Shown: in pieces, positions 1 through 9,624 of the stretch
How the letters are laid out: each line of letters starts with the position of its first letter
Position numbering within the stretch: the stretch's first letter is position 1
Sequence record: NC_010821.1
DNA from: Pseudomonas phage 201phi2-1
Length of the DNA: 32,000 bases
Direction: 5' to 3' (one strand)
Made by a program: the position numbers and the translations under genes
Notes under the pieces: generated by a model
What the model was told of the DNA's origin: nothing
The model's input: the letters and a program-made list of their open reading frames with translations, nothing else
The model's database searches: none

Positions 1-23
1 GCAGTGTGACACTACGCTAACAC

Positions 24-47
24 TAGCCGGTCCTTCGGGACCGGCTA
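24..47 (+). terminator. Rho-independent-type terminator hairpin with UUCG loop
   Basis: Perfect 10-bp stem TAGCCGGTCC-TTCG-GGACCGGCTA followed by TTATTCC. Confidence 0.8.
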
Positions 48-70
48 TTATTCCTTTCGAGGTTACAATA

Positions 71-2071
71 ATGGCCGAAGACTTACAACCCATCTGGCTA
101 CGGAAAGCTTTCATGCTTCCAGTCAGTTATGATAAACGGAGTTATGGTTCTGGCGCAAAGCGTCGGGGCGCTAACTCAGCAGCATTCAAATTTACAAACA
201 CATCCCCAGGCGGTAGCTTCCCAATCAACATGTTGCCCCAGTACACTCGTTATGCCGATATACGCGTACCGAGTCGTGGTCGTAGTCACAGTGATCGATT
301 CCTAGGTATGGGTCGATACTACTCCGAGGCACATGACGACACCAAACAAGAAATTCACATGTCATTCGGCGTACCACGATTTAGTAGTTGGACGAGTTTC
401 TTCACCAACTTCTACGATCGCAGTGCCGCGGCAATGGCTAACACGGGTGCAGGTACTGGACTGTGGTACAACTTAGGTAACGCGGCTGGTCTTTTAGTAT
501 CGCTACCAGCACAGCCATTCATCTTGGGTTTGACGGGTACGATGCGAGTGATTAACTTCCTCACTCAGTCTCAGCCTTCTAAATGGTTCTACTTCAAACC
601 TACAATGCACACGTACTGGTCCAGTGTTAACACCCTAGCTAACGAATTTGCAATCGGCCTAGGGATCACACCGTGGTTCTGGGCTAAAGAAGATGACCAG
701 TTGGCCACACCGGGTGAGAAAGTAACAAAAGCTGACCTTGCCGAAATTAGTCGTATCTTCCCAACATTGTTTAGACCTGATGGTGGTGTGGATGTAATGG
801 CACTGTCAGGCCGTGCTCAACGTATGTCCGATGCTTCACAGAAGTCTACTAAGGCTTTGATGGAGAAAGCGCGTACTATCGATGAACTGAATGCCGCCAC
901 TGAGAAAGCAATGTCTCAGCCGGTAGAAGACCCTAACCCTGGGATCGATGCTCGAACTTACTTCCTTAACTACGTTGACACCATTGATAAGAAAGCTAGT
1001 GAAGACCCAACCGGTATTATCGATAACGAATTCTTCTCAAGCTGGTCTGACCTACAGCACATGTACAAATACATCGTGGGCGCTCAGCACGATGGTCAGC
1101 AGTTTGTTACCTTACGAGCTGACTATAATGGCGAGGTATCTGAAAGCTTTAGTAACTCTACCAAAGAAGTTGGCGTTGTACAAACCCTGAACACAAAAGT
1201 GAACGAAGGTCGTTCAGCAGCATTTAACTTCATGGGTGGTAACATTACTGAAGGCGTTGGCGCAATGACGGGTATGATTGCCGACTTTGTAACGGGTGCT
1301 CTAGATTCGGTAAACCTAGGTGGCTTGAGTGTTCTTACTGGTTCGGCATTCGTAGACGTTCCCGAGTACTGGGACTCTGCAATGGCCAGTCTACCAACTG
1401 CACAATACACGATCCCATTGATTACACCTTACGGTAACGTGATCTCACGCTTCCTCAATATCTATCTGCCGTTGGCGATGATTCTCCCTATGGGTCTACC
1501 ACGTTCAGCGGGCCGTTCTTCGTACACTGCCCCATTCTTGGTACAGATGTTCCATAAAGGCCGGGTACAACGTCAACTAGGGATTGTGGATTCTATTCAG
1601 ATCCGTCGTGGTACTGGTAACGTAGGCTGGAACGCTAACCACGAGATGTTAGGTTGTGAGGTAACCATTGGTGTTAAAGACCTGTCTAAGATCATGCATA
1701 TTCCTATTAAGGGTGGCTTCGCTTCCCCTAGCTGGATTGGCACTGGCGCTAGATGGGCTACAGCAACGGGCGCAGAGGCCGTTGTGAGTGCTGCTGGTGG
1801 TAACGGTGATGCTGGTATCGGCGCAGCCTTGGCGTTGACTGACGGTGCTGTGTGGGACGAACAATCCCTATTTAACGATTACGTTGCTACGTTGTGTTCT
1901 CAAAGTTGGAGTGATTTGTATTACGCAGGTAAACGGCTTAACTTGAACTTGACTCGAACAGTACAGTCATTTAAATCATGGCGTTCTCCATCTAACTTCG
2001 CTTCGTGGGTACTGGATGGTGATGTTGCACGTACGTTGTCTGCATTCGTACAAACGACTTCGCGATTCTAA
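71..2071 (+). CDS. Large phage protein, putative virion/baseplate-associated structural protein
   Basis: 666-aa ORF after a terminator. The C-terminal stretch '[63 protein letters not shown]' resembles structural proteins of large myoviruses. Function not established. Confidence 0.5.
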   Translation: MAEDLQPIWLRKAFMLPVSYDKRSYGSGAKRRGANSAAFKFTNTSPGGSFPINMLPQYTRYADIRVPSRGRSHSDRFLGMGRYYSEAHDDTKQEIHMSFGVPRFSSWTSFFTNFYDRSAAAMANTGAGTGLWYNLGNAAGLLVSLPAQPFILGLTGTMRVINFLTQSQPSKWFYFKPTMHTYWSSVNTLANEFAIGLGITPWFWAKEDDQLATPGEKVTKADLAEISRIFPTLFRPDGGVDVMALSGRAQRMSDASQKSTKALMEKARTIDELNAATEKAMSQPVEDPNPGIDARTYFLNYVDTIDKKASEDPTGIIDNEFFSSWSDLQHMYKYIVGAQHDGQQFVTLRADYNGEVSESFSNSTKEVGVVQTLNTKVNEGRSAAFNFMGGNITEGVGAMTGMIADFVTGALDSVNLGGLSVLTGSAFVDVPEYWDSAMASLPTAQYTIPLITPYGNVISRFLNIYLPLAMILPMGLPRSAGRSSYTAPFLVQMFHKGRVQRQLGIVDSIQIRRGTGNVGWNANHEMLGCEVTIGVKDLSKIMHIPIKGGFASPSWIGTGARWATATGAEAVVSAAGGNGDAGIGAALALTDGAVWDEQSLFNDYVATLCSQSWSDLYYAGKRLNLNLTRTVQSFKSWRSPSNFASWVLDGDVARTLSAFVQTTSRF

Positions 2072-2079
2072 AAATTACT

Positions 2080-2114
2080 GGGGTGGTAGATTCTACAGAG
2101 GATCTACCGTCCCC
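2080..2114 (+). terminator. Terminator hairpin
   Basis: GGGG-T-GGTAGAT...ATCTACC-GT-CCCC, then TTAACTTTTATT. Confidence 0.7.
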
Positions 2115-2145
2115 TTAACTTTTATTCCCCATCGAGGATGCAATA

Positions 2146-2634
2146 ATGTTTAAACAGTTTATCTTGTGGTTGGTAACTAAGTTACTGACCCCGCGTGATC
2201 GCCTGCAACTTGTAGTGGATGATGGCTTCCTGGCCAACCCTCGTCGCACTATTGACAACCTTTACCATGTGGCCCACTCTAATAAACACGGTGTAAAATT
2301 CGAATCATTTGACCGTGTATCGGCAAAGCGGCTATCTGAATTCGATATCTCTGGGTCTGTCTATATAGCCGTACTGTTTGCCTTACATGACAAACTTATT
2401 GCATGCACTGGCGGCAGTTGTTTTGAAGAGGAGGTTCGCAACTTCTTCCATAAAGTGAACACTATTAAAGGTCATGGTAACCGTCTGAAGGTTAGTAAAG
2501 ATCTTTTCGAGTTGGTACGCAAAGAGACCCTGTTTGCCAACGAGCAAGATATTAATCTGGTAGCGCATGTATTGCAGCACCAGTACATCGACACTGAAGC
2601 AACTACTAAATTCCTCACTAACACTGGAGTGTAA
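2146..2634 (+). CDS. Hypothetical phage protein (162 aa)
   Basis: Complete ORF in a tight gene series. Confidence 0.75.
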   Translation: MFKQFILWLVTKLLTPRDRLQLVVDDGFLANPRRTIDNLYHVAHSNKHGVKFESFDRVSAKRLSEFDISGSVYIAVLFALHDKLIACTGGSCFEEEVRNFFHKVNTIKGHGNRLKVSKDLFELVRKETLFANEQDINLVAHVLQHQYIDTEATTKFLTNTGV

Positions 2635-2637
2635 CCC

Positions 2638-3162
2638 ATGAGCCTTATCCAATCGATTGCCAAAACTATCTACACCACCTTCGTTCCTGAGAACGTGCGT
2701 CAAGAAGAAGCTACAGCTATTCTGTCCGATAACAACCGTGCTAGTATGGCGTTGTCTTACATCGGTAAAGAAGCGGCTACGCTCGATCACAGCTCGCAGG
2801 AATACAAACGTGCCTTGGGTGCAGCTGAAGCTCTGGTACTACTGCACAACCGTGCGTCTAGCTTTACTCAGATGTGCCGTAGTATGGTACGCCGTACTTC
2901 CACAGATTCGTACTACGTTACTGCTGTTCTGGGTAACCTGGTTTATAAAACTGAATCGTTGGCATCTGGTCAAACCTCTACCCAAGGTGGTGAAGCTGAT
3001 AAACTGCTGAAAGCTATCGCCGTTGAAGTAGCTGCTGCGAAAGAAGAGAAGTCTTTCATCAAACGTCGTAGCATTATCCGCAATGCGGTTAAGCGTGAGC
3101 TCCCAACGATGACTGCTGACGACCTGAGTCTGGCCGTTGAATTGATCCTCAATAATGTGTAA
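2638..3162 (+). CDS. Hypothetical phage protein (174 aa)
   Basis: Complete ORF starting 3 nt after the previous stop. Confidence 0.75.
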   Translation: MSLIQSIAKTIYTTFVPENVRQEEATAILSDNNRASMALSYIGKEAATLDHSSQEYKRALGAAEALVLLHNRASSFTQMCRSMVRRTSTDSYYVTAVLGNLVYKTESLASGQTSTQGGEADKLLKAIAVEVAAAKEEKSFIKRRSIIRNAVKRELPTMTADDLSLAVELILNNV

Positions 3163-3183
3163 TTCACTATAAAGGATTCTTTA

Positions 3184-3783
3184 ATGGAAAGTATTATCAC
3201 TGGCCTTACTTGGGCCAAAGGTCTTGAGTCCGCTGACGGCGTAGCTCAGGTAGTAGATGTAAAAGAAGCTAAGTCTCACATTGACATTGATGACGTCGAT
3301 CAAAACGATGTTAAAGATGAAGACACTGAGACCCTACCTAATACCGATGGTGGTGATGAAGTTAAGGTTGCTACTGACCATGACGTGGTCTCGGCTGAAT
3401 CGGCGACAGTAGTGTCTGGTGATGAAGGCGGTAAAGTGATCGAGGCCATGTCCGTCGATCCTATCTCTGGTGCAGCTAAGCGGTTTGTGATCTCGGGCTT
3501 TAATGCCCAGACTAACCCAGCTGCCGAGCCGGGTGATAACCTGCTGAGTCTGGTAATCCTGTTGCAGAACGGTATTATCCCAGAAGTAGGTGTTAACGGT
3601 GTTACATGTGAAGACCTTCTGAAAGTAGTCGAGGAAGTTTTCGTAAGCTTCCAAGAAGGTAAGTTCGCATGTGAAGAAAACGAGGAAGTCCTCCAAGGTG
3701 TACGTATGGCACAAGCAGCCATTACTAAACGCCTGCTTCGTCGTGAATCCCAAGGTACCGAAGGGACCTACAAAGGTAACTGA
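3184..3783 (+). CDS. Acidic hypothetical phage protein (199 aa)
   Basis: Complete ORF with Asp/Glu-rich N-terminal half (DIDDVDQNDVKDEDTETLPNTDGGDE), followed by a terminator. Confidence 0.75.
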   Translation: MESIITGLTWAKGLESADGVAQVVDVKEAKSHIDIDDVDQNDVKDEDTETLPNTDGGDEVKVATDHDVVSAESATVVSGDEGGKVIEAMSVDPISGAAKRFVISGFNAQTNPAAEPGDNLLSLVILLQNGIIPEVGVNGVTCEDLLKVVEEVFVSFQEGKFACEENEEVLQGVRMAQAAITKRLLRRESQGTEGTYKGN

Positions 3784-3789
3784 CATAAC

Positions 3790-3809
3790 GCCCTTCCTTC
3801 GGGAAGGGC
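3790..3809 (+). terminator. Terminator hairpin with UUCG loop
   Basis: GCCCTTCC-TTCG-GGAAGGGC then TTTATTT. Confidence 0.85.
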
Positions 3810-3834
3810 TTTATTTCGTAGTAGAAAATATTTG

Positions 3835-3858
3835 AGATTTATATTACTGCTATGTATT
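3835..3858 (+). promoter_or_regulatory. Putative phage early-type promoter
   Basis: AGATTTATATTACT-N4-TGTATT lies between a terminator and a new gene block. It matches the site at 20046 with identical spacing. Confidence 0.6.
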
Positions 3859-3882
3859 CTAAACTAGATGTAAGAATAACCC

Positions 3883-4005
3883 ATGATTGAGGAAATGCGG
3901 TCTGTCCCACCTGAACCAAGTCATGTTCCAGAACTACCGATGTCACCATTACGGCGGTGGTTACTGAAACTCAAATATAAACTGCGGAGTTTATTCAATG
4001 CGTAA
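3883..4005 (+). CDS. Small hypothetical protein (40 aa) missed by the ORF track
   Basis: MIEEMRSVPPEPSHVPELPMSPLRRWLLKLKYKLRSLFNA*. It sits 43 nt after the start of the promoter-like TATATTAC and overlaps the next ATG by 8 nt. Confidence 0.5.
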   Translation: MIEEMRSVPPEPSHVPELPMSPLRRWLLKLKYKLRSLFNA

Positions 4006-4489
4006 TTGTCCTACCGGATATTGTGGTGACCCTTGTTTGTGCAAAGGTGCGCTCGATCATCTCAGTCGTAGCGATGCCAAAGACATGTTGCGTCTGGCTG
4101 ATAATCGCATTAAAGCCATTGATGCAAAAGCGGCTAGTGAGAAACATGGCGAAACCCTCGTACCGTATGCGGCTATTGAGGTAGTACTGTGTGCACTCAA
4201 GTATAACGGTGGCATTGTCAAATGCAACGAGTTATTGCATCGAGTGTTACTGACCAAGCCAACTGACCGAATTGAAACTATATCTGGTATCAAATCGGTT
4301 CTACTGGACGTTGAGGGTGATCCAATCTTCAAGGCCGGTAATGTACCTGAAACTAATACTCGTATCAGGTTCGAGGTATTGCAATGGGGTGATACCGTTG
4401 GGGTATCTGTAGACTGCGAAGGCGGTTACATTCAAGAAGCCTACACCAAACTCAACTACACAACTGTTTTTCTACCAGAGGGTCTTTAA
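3998..4489 (+). CDS. Hypothetical phage protein (163 aa)
   Basis: Complete ORF. Confidence 0.7.
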   Translation: MRNCPTGYCGDPCLCKGALDHLSRSDAKDMLRLADNRIKAIDAKAASEKHGETLVPYAAIEVVLCALKYNGGIVKCNELLHRVLLTKPTDRIETISGIKSVLLDVEGDPIFKAGNVPETNTRIRFEVLQWGDTVGVSVDCEGGYIQEAYTKLNYTTVFLPEGL

Positions 4490-5710
4490 ATGAGCGTTGT
4501 AAACTATTCGGACTTGGTCCAACTGTTCCCATCCGACGTTTTGGTGCAAATGGCTGAAGCTATCACCGTTGAGTTACGTAATCGGAATACCAGCCATAAT
4601 AGTACTAAACTGGAAGATCTCCGTGAGCGCTATGGTGCCGATGGTAACCGTCTACTGCAACTCCCAGTGTCAGGTTATCATGAACATATGTTAAACCAGT
4701 TTGGTATGGGCGTGCCTGGCCAAATGAACCTACCTCCGGTTAACTACAATCAGGTACCACAGGCTAGTTTCGGCAGCGTACAAACTGCGTATGAACTCAA
4801 CGATCTTCCTTTCAGCACTACGTTCGATATCGACTTCAATAAGTTCGTGTATCGTCCGACTGGACACGGTCTGAAGTCGTTGCAGGAGTTGTTCGGTAGC
4901 TCACTGATTGAAGAAGTGCGTCGTCTGGCTAACGATGACATGGAGATCTTTATCGACCCAACGCTGCTGCCTAACGGTCAGGTGCATCTGCATAACGCGC
5001 CTATTGGTTCGACTATTACCATCGCAGCTACGTTGCGTCAACTGGTAGACTGGTATAACGGTCTTCCTCCAGTACTGGAAGAAAGCGTTGTAGTGGAACC
5101 ACTTCGTTACATTGGTGGTTGGAGTGTCCATGGTGACCAAAACCAACTCCTGCTGGAATACGATGGTAAGTCTCTGGAAGCCGAAGGTGAGATTAACGGT
5201 AATCAGGTGAAAGGTGTTCCATTCAGAGCCAACCGTACTATCCAGTTGATCCCAAACTCCAACATACCTGAGTTGATGGAACAAGGGCGGATCAATGTAG
5301 GGGCGACGATTGAGCGGCTTCCAGCGATTAAGTCGGTGTATGTCGAAGTAGGTGGCCATATGCTCCGCGCTGTGACTAAGACTAACCCAACTGCACAATT
5401 CCAACCATCCCTGGAAAGCACTCTTTTCAAACTACTGGATATGCGCCTCGGTATTGAACTCAAAGCTGGCATGACTGATTGCTTTGGTGAGATTATTGAG
5501 TGGAGTCATCTGCTGGGTGATGAGACCATCACGCTCGACCTCACCTTGGCTGCACGGTATAATCCAGATCGAGCTGAAATCGTTACCACGACTACGCCAG
5601 TTGAATTTATTCATAACGGTCCTAAAGGATCGTACCTGAGTTCACTGCTCTCGATGCCTAACTGTGGTATCCTCGCATTCGATCTCAGCGCTGTAATCGA
5701 AACTAACTAA
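4490..5710 (+). CDS. Hypothetical phage protein (406 aa)
   Basis: Complete ORF starting immediately after the previous stop. Confidence 0.75.
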   Translation: MSVVNYSDLVQLFPSDVLVQMAEAITVELRNRNTSHNSTKLEDLRERYGADGNRLLQLPVSGYHEHMLNQFGMGVPGQMNLPPVNYNQVPQASFGSVQTAYELNDLPFSTTFDIDFNKFVYRPTGHGLKSLQELFGSSLIEEVRRLANDDMEIFIDPTLLPNGQVHLHNAPIGSTITIAATLRQLVDWYNGLPPVLEESVVVEPLRYIGGWSVHGDQNQLLLEYDGKSLEAEGEINGNQVKGVPFRANRTIQLIPNSNIPELMEQGRINVGATIERLPAIKSVYVEVGGHMLRAVTKTNPTAQFQPSLESTLFKLLDMRLGIELKAGMTDCFGEIIEWSHLLGDETITLDLTLAARYNPDRAEIVTTTTPVEFIHNGPKGSYLSSLLSMPNCGILAFDLSAVIETN

Positions 5711-5739
5711 TTCAAACACACTAGAAGGAAAACTGAAAA

Positions 5740-6150
5740 ATGGCTAAAGAACTCAAATCCCGTGGCTACGCTGAAGAACACAAACTGAACGAAGTATTCG
5801 TACTGAACGAAGCCAATGGTTTCGACGTACCGGCTGACGTTTATAACACTCTGGTTCTGGAACCAGCGGGTATTACACTGGACCAAGAGAAGAAGCGTGT
5901 TAAGCTGGAAGGCGAACTCCTGACCGGCGCACTGCTGGTAGGCGGCGAGCAAGTAGGTGATCGCTTCAAGACCGATACCAACCTGCAAGAAGTTAGCATG
6001 ACCATTCCAATGGGTCCTAACCGTACGGCATCGGCTATCTTTGGTCGTGGCGTTGAAACCGTAGTTCAGGTTCAGACTAAGATCGACACTGCTGAGATGA
6101 AGCGTGTGCTGGCACACGTGAACCACCTGTTCGAAGACGTGTCGAACTAA
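5740..6150 (+). CDS. Hypothetical phage protein (136 aa)
   Basis: Complete ORF preceded by AGAAGGAAAAC ribosome-binding-like sequence and followed by a terminator. Confidence 0.75.
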   Translation: MAKELKSRGYAEEHKLNEVFVLNEANGFDVPADVYNTLVLEPAGITLDQEKKRVKLEGELLTGALLVGGEQVGDRFKTDTNLQEVSMTIPMGPNRTASAIFGRGVETVVQVQTKIDTAEMKRVLAHVNHLFEDVSN

Positions 6151-6162
6151 GTCATTAAGACT

Positions 6163-6184
6163 GGGGGTCCCGAAAGGGACTCCC
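6163..6184 (+). terminator. Terminator hairpin with GAAA loop
   Basis: GGGGGTCCC-GAAA-GGGACTCCC with one G-U pair, then TTCTTATTATTTTTTT. Confidence 0.8.
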
Positions 6185-6213
6185 TTCTTATTATTTTTTT
6201 ACGTGGAAGTTTT

Positions 6214-6597
6214 ATGAATATCGAAGACTTTAAAAACTATCAGGAGTCTATCATTGAATTCTGCAAAGCAAACGACATCCGTGAATTCCCAGAAACGTAC
6301 TTTGTCTACCGTAAGCGCCTTGTTGAAATCGCTAATGATAAATCCATTGATAACACAGTGCGAATCAACGCCGCCGAGTTGCATAGTCAAATCAAGTGGA
6401 CCTTTAATGCTGTCTACGGTCGCGGCCTCGCTGATCAACTAAGGAAGTATCCAGAGTCGACCCTCTATGATAATGGACAGTGTTTGACTACACGTTGCCG
6501 TACTAAAGTGGTACAACTAGCTGAGCGCTTTGCATTTAAACCCCAACCTCTGGTGTTGGGTATCAAACATTACTGGGCGTTAAACAATGGGACTTGA
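6214..6597 (+). CDS. Hypothetical phage protein (127 aa)
   Basis: Complete ORF; preceded by GGAAG. Confidence 0.7.
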   Translation: MNIEDFKNYQESIIEFCKANDIREFPETYFVYRKRLVEIANDKSIDNTVRINAAELHSQIKWTFNAVYGRGLADQLRKYPESTLYDNGQCLTTRCRTKVVQLAERFAFKPQPLVLGIKHYWALNNGT

Positions 6598-6955
6598 TAC
6601 AGACATCTATCGTGTTAATCGTAAGAAGGCTGAAGCGGCCATCTGCAAAAGTTATGATGGTACTAAAGAGTATATTGATTACTGGAGTATCACCGATGAC
6701 GTTGAATCAGTTTGCTACCAGCGTAAGAACTACTTTCTTCAAGGGCTACTCGAAGAACTTACTTGGAGTAACCAATGTGAGTATATCGAGTTAACTAAAC
6801 TCCATGTACACCACTTGGTGTACTGTATGCAGCAGCGATATAAATGGCAGAATAGTTTCGAACGAAAGCGCGCTGCGACGATAGTGAGGGATTTGAAACA
6901 AGTCCTCCATAACTTCGACTGGGATCGTGACATGCTAGTTTGGAACTGGTGCTAA
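6587..6955 (+). CDS. Hypothetical phage protein (122 aa)
   Basis: Complete ORF overlapping the previous gene by 11 nt. Confidence 0.65.
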   Translation: MGLDTDIYRVNRKKAEAAICKSYDGTKEYIDYWSITDDVESVCYQRKNYFLQGLLEELTWSNQCEYIELTKLHVHHLVYCMQQRYKWQNSFERKRAATIVRDLKQVLHNFDWDRDMLVWNWC

Positions 6956-6982
6956 CGAAGTTTTACTAGTGTGATGAATATT

Positions 6983-7001
6983 GTAGGAGATCTACTCCTA
7001 C
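6983..7001 (+). terminator. Intergenic hairpin, possible terminator or processing site
   Basis: GTAGGAG-atcta-CTCCTAC in the gap before the kinase gene; no strong U tract. Confidence 0.4.
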
Positions 7002-7032
7002 CAATTCTTAAATTTGTTATAAAGGTAATTCA

Positions 7033-8106
7033 ATGTCCGACAATCGTACTTTCATTGTTCTTGATGGTCCAGACTTCTCCGGTAAGTCTACCCTGATGAA
7101 AGCTTTCCTTGCCCGTGTCGAAGCCGAGGGTATTGATCACGTTGCTATGCGTGAGCCCGGCGGTATCCCAGGCAGCGGTTCGCTTGCTGAGGAAATCCGT
7201 GTTGCTTTGATCGCTAATCGTGATGAACGTGTCCATCCAGAGACTGATGTACTGTTGCATATGGCCTACCGTGTGCAAAACGTTAAAGACATCATTCTCC
7301 CCGCATTGGCCGATAACAAGTGGGTGATCTCTGATCGTTTTGTGTTCTCGACTTGGTGCCTGAATGTTCAAGCTCATCTCGAAACGCACCCGTACCTGAC
7401 TGATATGCTTTACGGCCTGATGCCGTACGTACTACAAGGTCTGCCTGAACCACTGACGTTCATTCTGGATACTCCACGTGAAATCCGTGATCAGCGTGCT
7501 AACTCTGACGAACGTAAGAAAGATCGTTATGAATCGCAGCCTGCCGCGGTACACGATCGTATCGAAGCAGCTTACGAGCAACTGCGTTCTAGTCCAAGCT
7601 GCAAGTTCATTGATGGTACTCTGCCAATCGAAGAACAAGTGGACATCATGTTTGCTTACATCAAAGGCTTCAAAGAACAAGTCCTCGGTCAAATGGCTGA
7701 AGCTGAAGAACGTTCTGGTCTGATGAAAGACGAACGTGAACAAGCACGTGACATGGCTGAACAGATTCGTGACGAACTGAACGCTGACGAATCGTGGGAT
7801 CTGGAAACCGAAGTTGCTAAGTATGTTGAGACTAACATCACTGCAATGGCAGACCAACTGTTCCAAGGTGCTGACCCAGAAGCACTGGCTAAAGAAACCG
7901 AGTTCGCTAAAGAGTTCGCTGCTAATATTGCACGTACTACCTTTGAGCGTACTAATGGTGACCGTACTGTGTTCCACCCTACTCGGGTTGGACAGATCAA
8001 TCAGAAAGTTCACTCGATGCTTAGCTGGGGCTTTGCACGAGATTCATGGGCGAAGCATTTCGCCAATGGTGGCGATAATGGCGCAAATCAAACTCAACAA
8101 GCTTGA
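7033..8106 (+). CDS. Thymidylate kinase-like protein with long helical C-terminal extension
   Basis: P-loop 'FIVLDGPDFSGKST', TMK-type 'REPGGIPGSGSLAEEIR', and 'DRFVFSTW'. About 150 residues follow the kinase region. Confidence 0.85.
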   Translation: MSDNRTFIVLDGPDFSGKSTLMKAFLARVEAEGIDHVAMREPGGIPGSGSLAEEIRVALIANRDERVHPETDVLLHMAYRVQNVKDIILPALADNKWVISDRFVFSTWCLNVQAHLETHPYLTDMLYGLMPYVLQGLPEPLTFILDTPREIRDQRANSDERKKDRYESQPAAVHDRIEAAYEQLRSSPSCKFIDGTLPIEEQVDIMFAYIKGFKEQVLGQMAEAEERSGLMKDEREQARDMAEQIRDELNADESWDLETEVAKYVETNITAMADQLFQGADPEALAKETEFAKEFAANIARTTFERTNGDRTVFHPTRVGQINQKVHSMLSWGFARDSWAKHFANGGDNGANQTQQA

Positions 8107-8299
8107 TTTGTGGAAGTACGCTGACTGCGAGTTCCAATCGCAGGTAGGTGGCCATCGAGTCCGTGTGATCTTAAAGTCTACGGATTCGAAACATGCCATT
8201 GTATCAAACTACTATCACCGAATCAATACTTACAAAATCAGTCTCAAATCATTTCTTGAATCATTTACTCTGGTAGAGGATACCACACGCAATGTCTGA
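8078..8299 (+). CDS. Hypothetical phage protein (73 aa)
   Basis: The track ORF at 7814 most likely starts here: MAQIKLNKLDLWKYADCEF... Alternative ATG at 8066. The upstream part is out-of-frame read-through of the kinase gene. Confidence 0.5.
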   Translation: MAQIKLNKLDLWKYADCEFQSQVGGHRVRVILKSTDSKHAIVSNYYHRINTYKISLKSFLESFTLVEDTTRNV

Positions 8300-8528
8300 A
8301 ACACTGTCGAAAGGCACCCTGTATGTACGCGCAGCTGAAGTGGGCGATCTGAAAGACTATTACGGCCGTACGTTCATTATTCGTAAGAACAGCGCTGTCA
8401 AAGCAGTCAAGCTTGAGAAAGTAAAAGGTTCTAAAGCTTATCTGGAATACACTGAAGGTCGAGTAGATTCATTTAGTATTCCGCTGAATGAGTTTTTGAA
8501 GTACTATGAATTGCCACAGAAAGGGTAA
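8292..8528 (+). CDS. Hypothetical phage protein (78 aa)
   Basis: Complete ORF with an 8-nt overlap with the upstream stop. Confidence 0.65.
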   Translation: MSETLSKGTLYVRAAEVGDLKDYYGRTFIIRKNSAVKAVKLEKVKGSKAYLEYTEGRVDSFSIPLNEFLKYYELPQKG

Positions 8529-8531
8529 GCC

Positions 8532-8897
8532 ATGACATTTAAAGTTTCTAACAACCTTGCAATGCTGGCCATGTTGATGACTGGTCTGTATGACGCTAAC
8601 GCTCAGGATCTTGATAACGAAGTTACCATGACAATGGGCGATGTTCGGATGGGTGAATCCGTATACGTAGATGCAACTAAGTCTAAGTATCAGATACACC
8701 TTCGTTTGGAGAAAGGACTCGATGCTAAACTCCAAATCGAGTACTGGCCTAAAGACGAAGAAGGTTTGGTCGAGGGTCACCTACAGCACACTGTGGAAGT
8801 TGATTGCAACGATCCAGATACTTGGATCGAACCAATGATCATTCTTCAGAACGTGTTGGACGGTAAGTGTGAACCTGAAGACGAGTGTGAAGAGTAA
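8532..8897 (+). CDS. Hypothetical acidic phage protein, possible N-terminal signal (121 aa)
   Basis: N-terminus MTFKVSNNLAMLAMLMTGLYDANAQ is weakly signal-like. The C-terminus is Asp/Glu/Cys-rich. Confidence 0.65.
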   Translation: MTFKVSNNLAMLAMLMTGLYDANAQDLDNEVTMTMGDVRMGESVYVDATKSKYQIHLRLEKGLDAKLQIEYWPKDEEGLVEGHLQHTVEVDCNDPDTWIEPMIILQNVLDGKCEPEDECEE

Positions 8898-8903
8898 ATA
8901 AAG

Positions 8904-8923
8904 TGTCCTCCTTCGGGAGGACA
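8904..8923 (+). terminator. Terminator hairpin with UUCG loop
   Basis: TGTCCTCC-TTCG-GGAGGACA then TTATTCC. Confidence 0.8.
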
Positions 8924-8952
8924 TTATTCCGTATTAGACAGAGGGTAACAAA

Positions 8953-9372
8953 ATGGCTAAAGTATCTCCGTTGTTGGGTCGCACTAAGTTTGACTGGGGT
9001 ATCCGTCTCGGCGCGCTGGTATACGAAATCGGTAATTGGGCACTGAACATGGGCGATGAGGGTACTAAACGCTCCAGCGGCTCCATCATGCGTAACGGTT
9101 ACCGTTTCGTTTACACAAGTAAGAAATTTGGTCGTCATCGTACACAAGCCACATGTATTTCGATTTACGGTAGAGGTAAGGCCTATATCTTCGGTTCACG
9201 TAATTATAGTCTAGATGGCGTTAACTGTATTACCTCTGGTGTGGAAGTAACCGACTATAAGGAAATGTATAAATTCTTAGAGCGTCGCGTATATGCTACG
9301 TTTAACGCTAAAATAGCTTCTGAGATTATGTCCGAGGCAGATTCCCTTTATGATGTCCTAACCTCGAGGTAA
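8953..9372 (+). CDS. Hypothetical phage protein (139 aa)
   Basis: Complete ORF. Confidence 0.7.
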   Translation: MAKVSPLLGRTKFDWGIRLGALVYEIGNWALNMGDEGTKRSSGSIMRNGYRFVYTSKKFGRHRTQATCISIYGRGKAYIFGSRNYSLDGVNCITSGVEVTDYKEMYKFLERRVYATFNAKIASEIMSEADSLYDVLTSR

Positions 9373-9377
9373 TAACC

Positions 9378-9620
9378 ATGCACCAGTATGATCCAAATCG
9401 TGAACTCGAACTCCACATGAGTGTTGGCACCGCTGACGCTGATAGCGTGACGGACAACTTTGCAGTACTGATTGATCGGGGTCCTTTGGACGCAGGTCAA
9501 CTACAAAGTATGTACGAGGGCGGTTGGCACCTTATTAGTGGCCCTGTGGTAGTTGATACCATCGAGGTGAATGTGAGTTTCTATTACTACACCTTTCACA
9601 AACGTGCTTTTCACGGATAA
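9378..9620 (+). CDS. Hypothetical phage protein (80 aa)
   Basis: Complete ORF. Confidence 0.65.
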   Translation: MHQYDPNRELELHMSVGTADADSVTDNFAVLIDRGPLDAGQLQSMYEGGWHLISGPVVVDTIEVNVSFYYYTFHKRAFHG

Positions 9621-9624
9621 ATAA

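Noticed and set aside
948-1864. Track ORFs at 948-1190 (+), 1123-1410 (-) and 1649-1864 (-)
   Set aside because: Lie within the 666-aa gene in other frames, with no ribosome-binding context or recognisable domains.
3163-3184. T7-like promoter (TTCACTATAAAGGA)
   Set aside because: Only partial similarity to the T7 consensus and no T7-type RNAP evidence. The AAAGGATT part is better read as the ribosome-binding region of the 3184 gene.
7432-8013. 193-aa minus-strand ORF
   Set aside because: Antisense to the thymidylate kinase gene, Phe/Ser/Leu-rich translation typical of the antisense shadow of a charged coding sequence.
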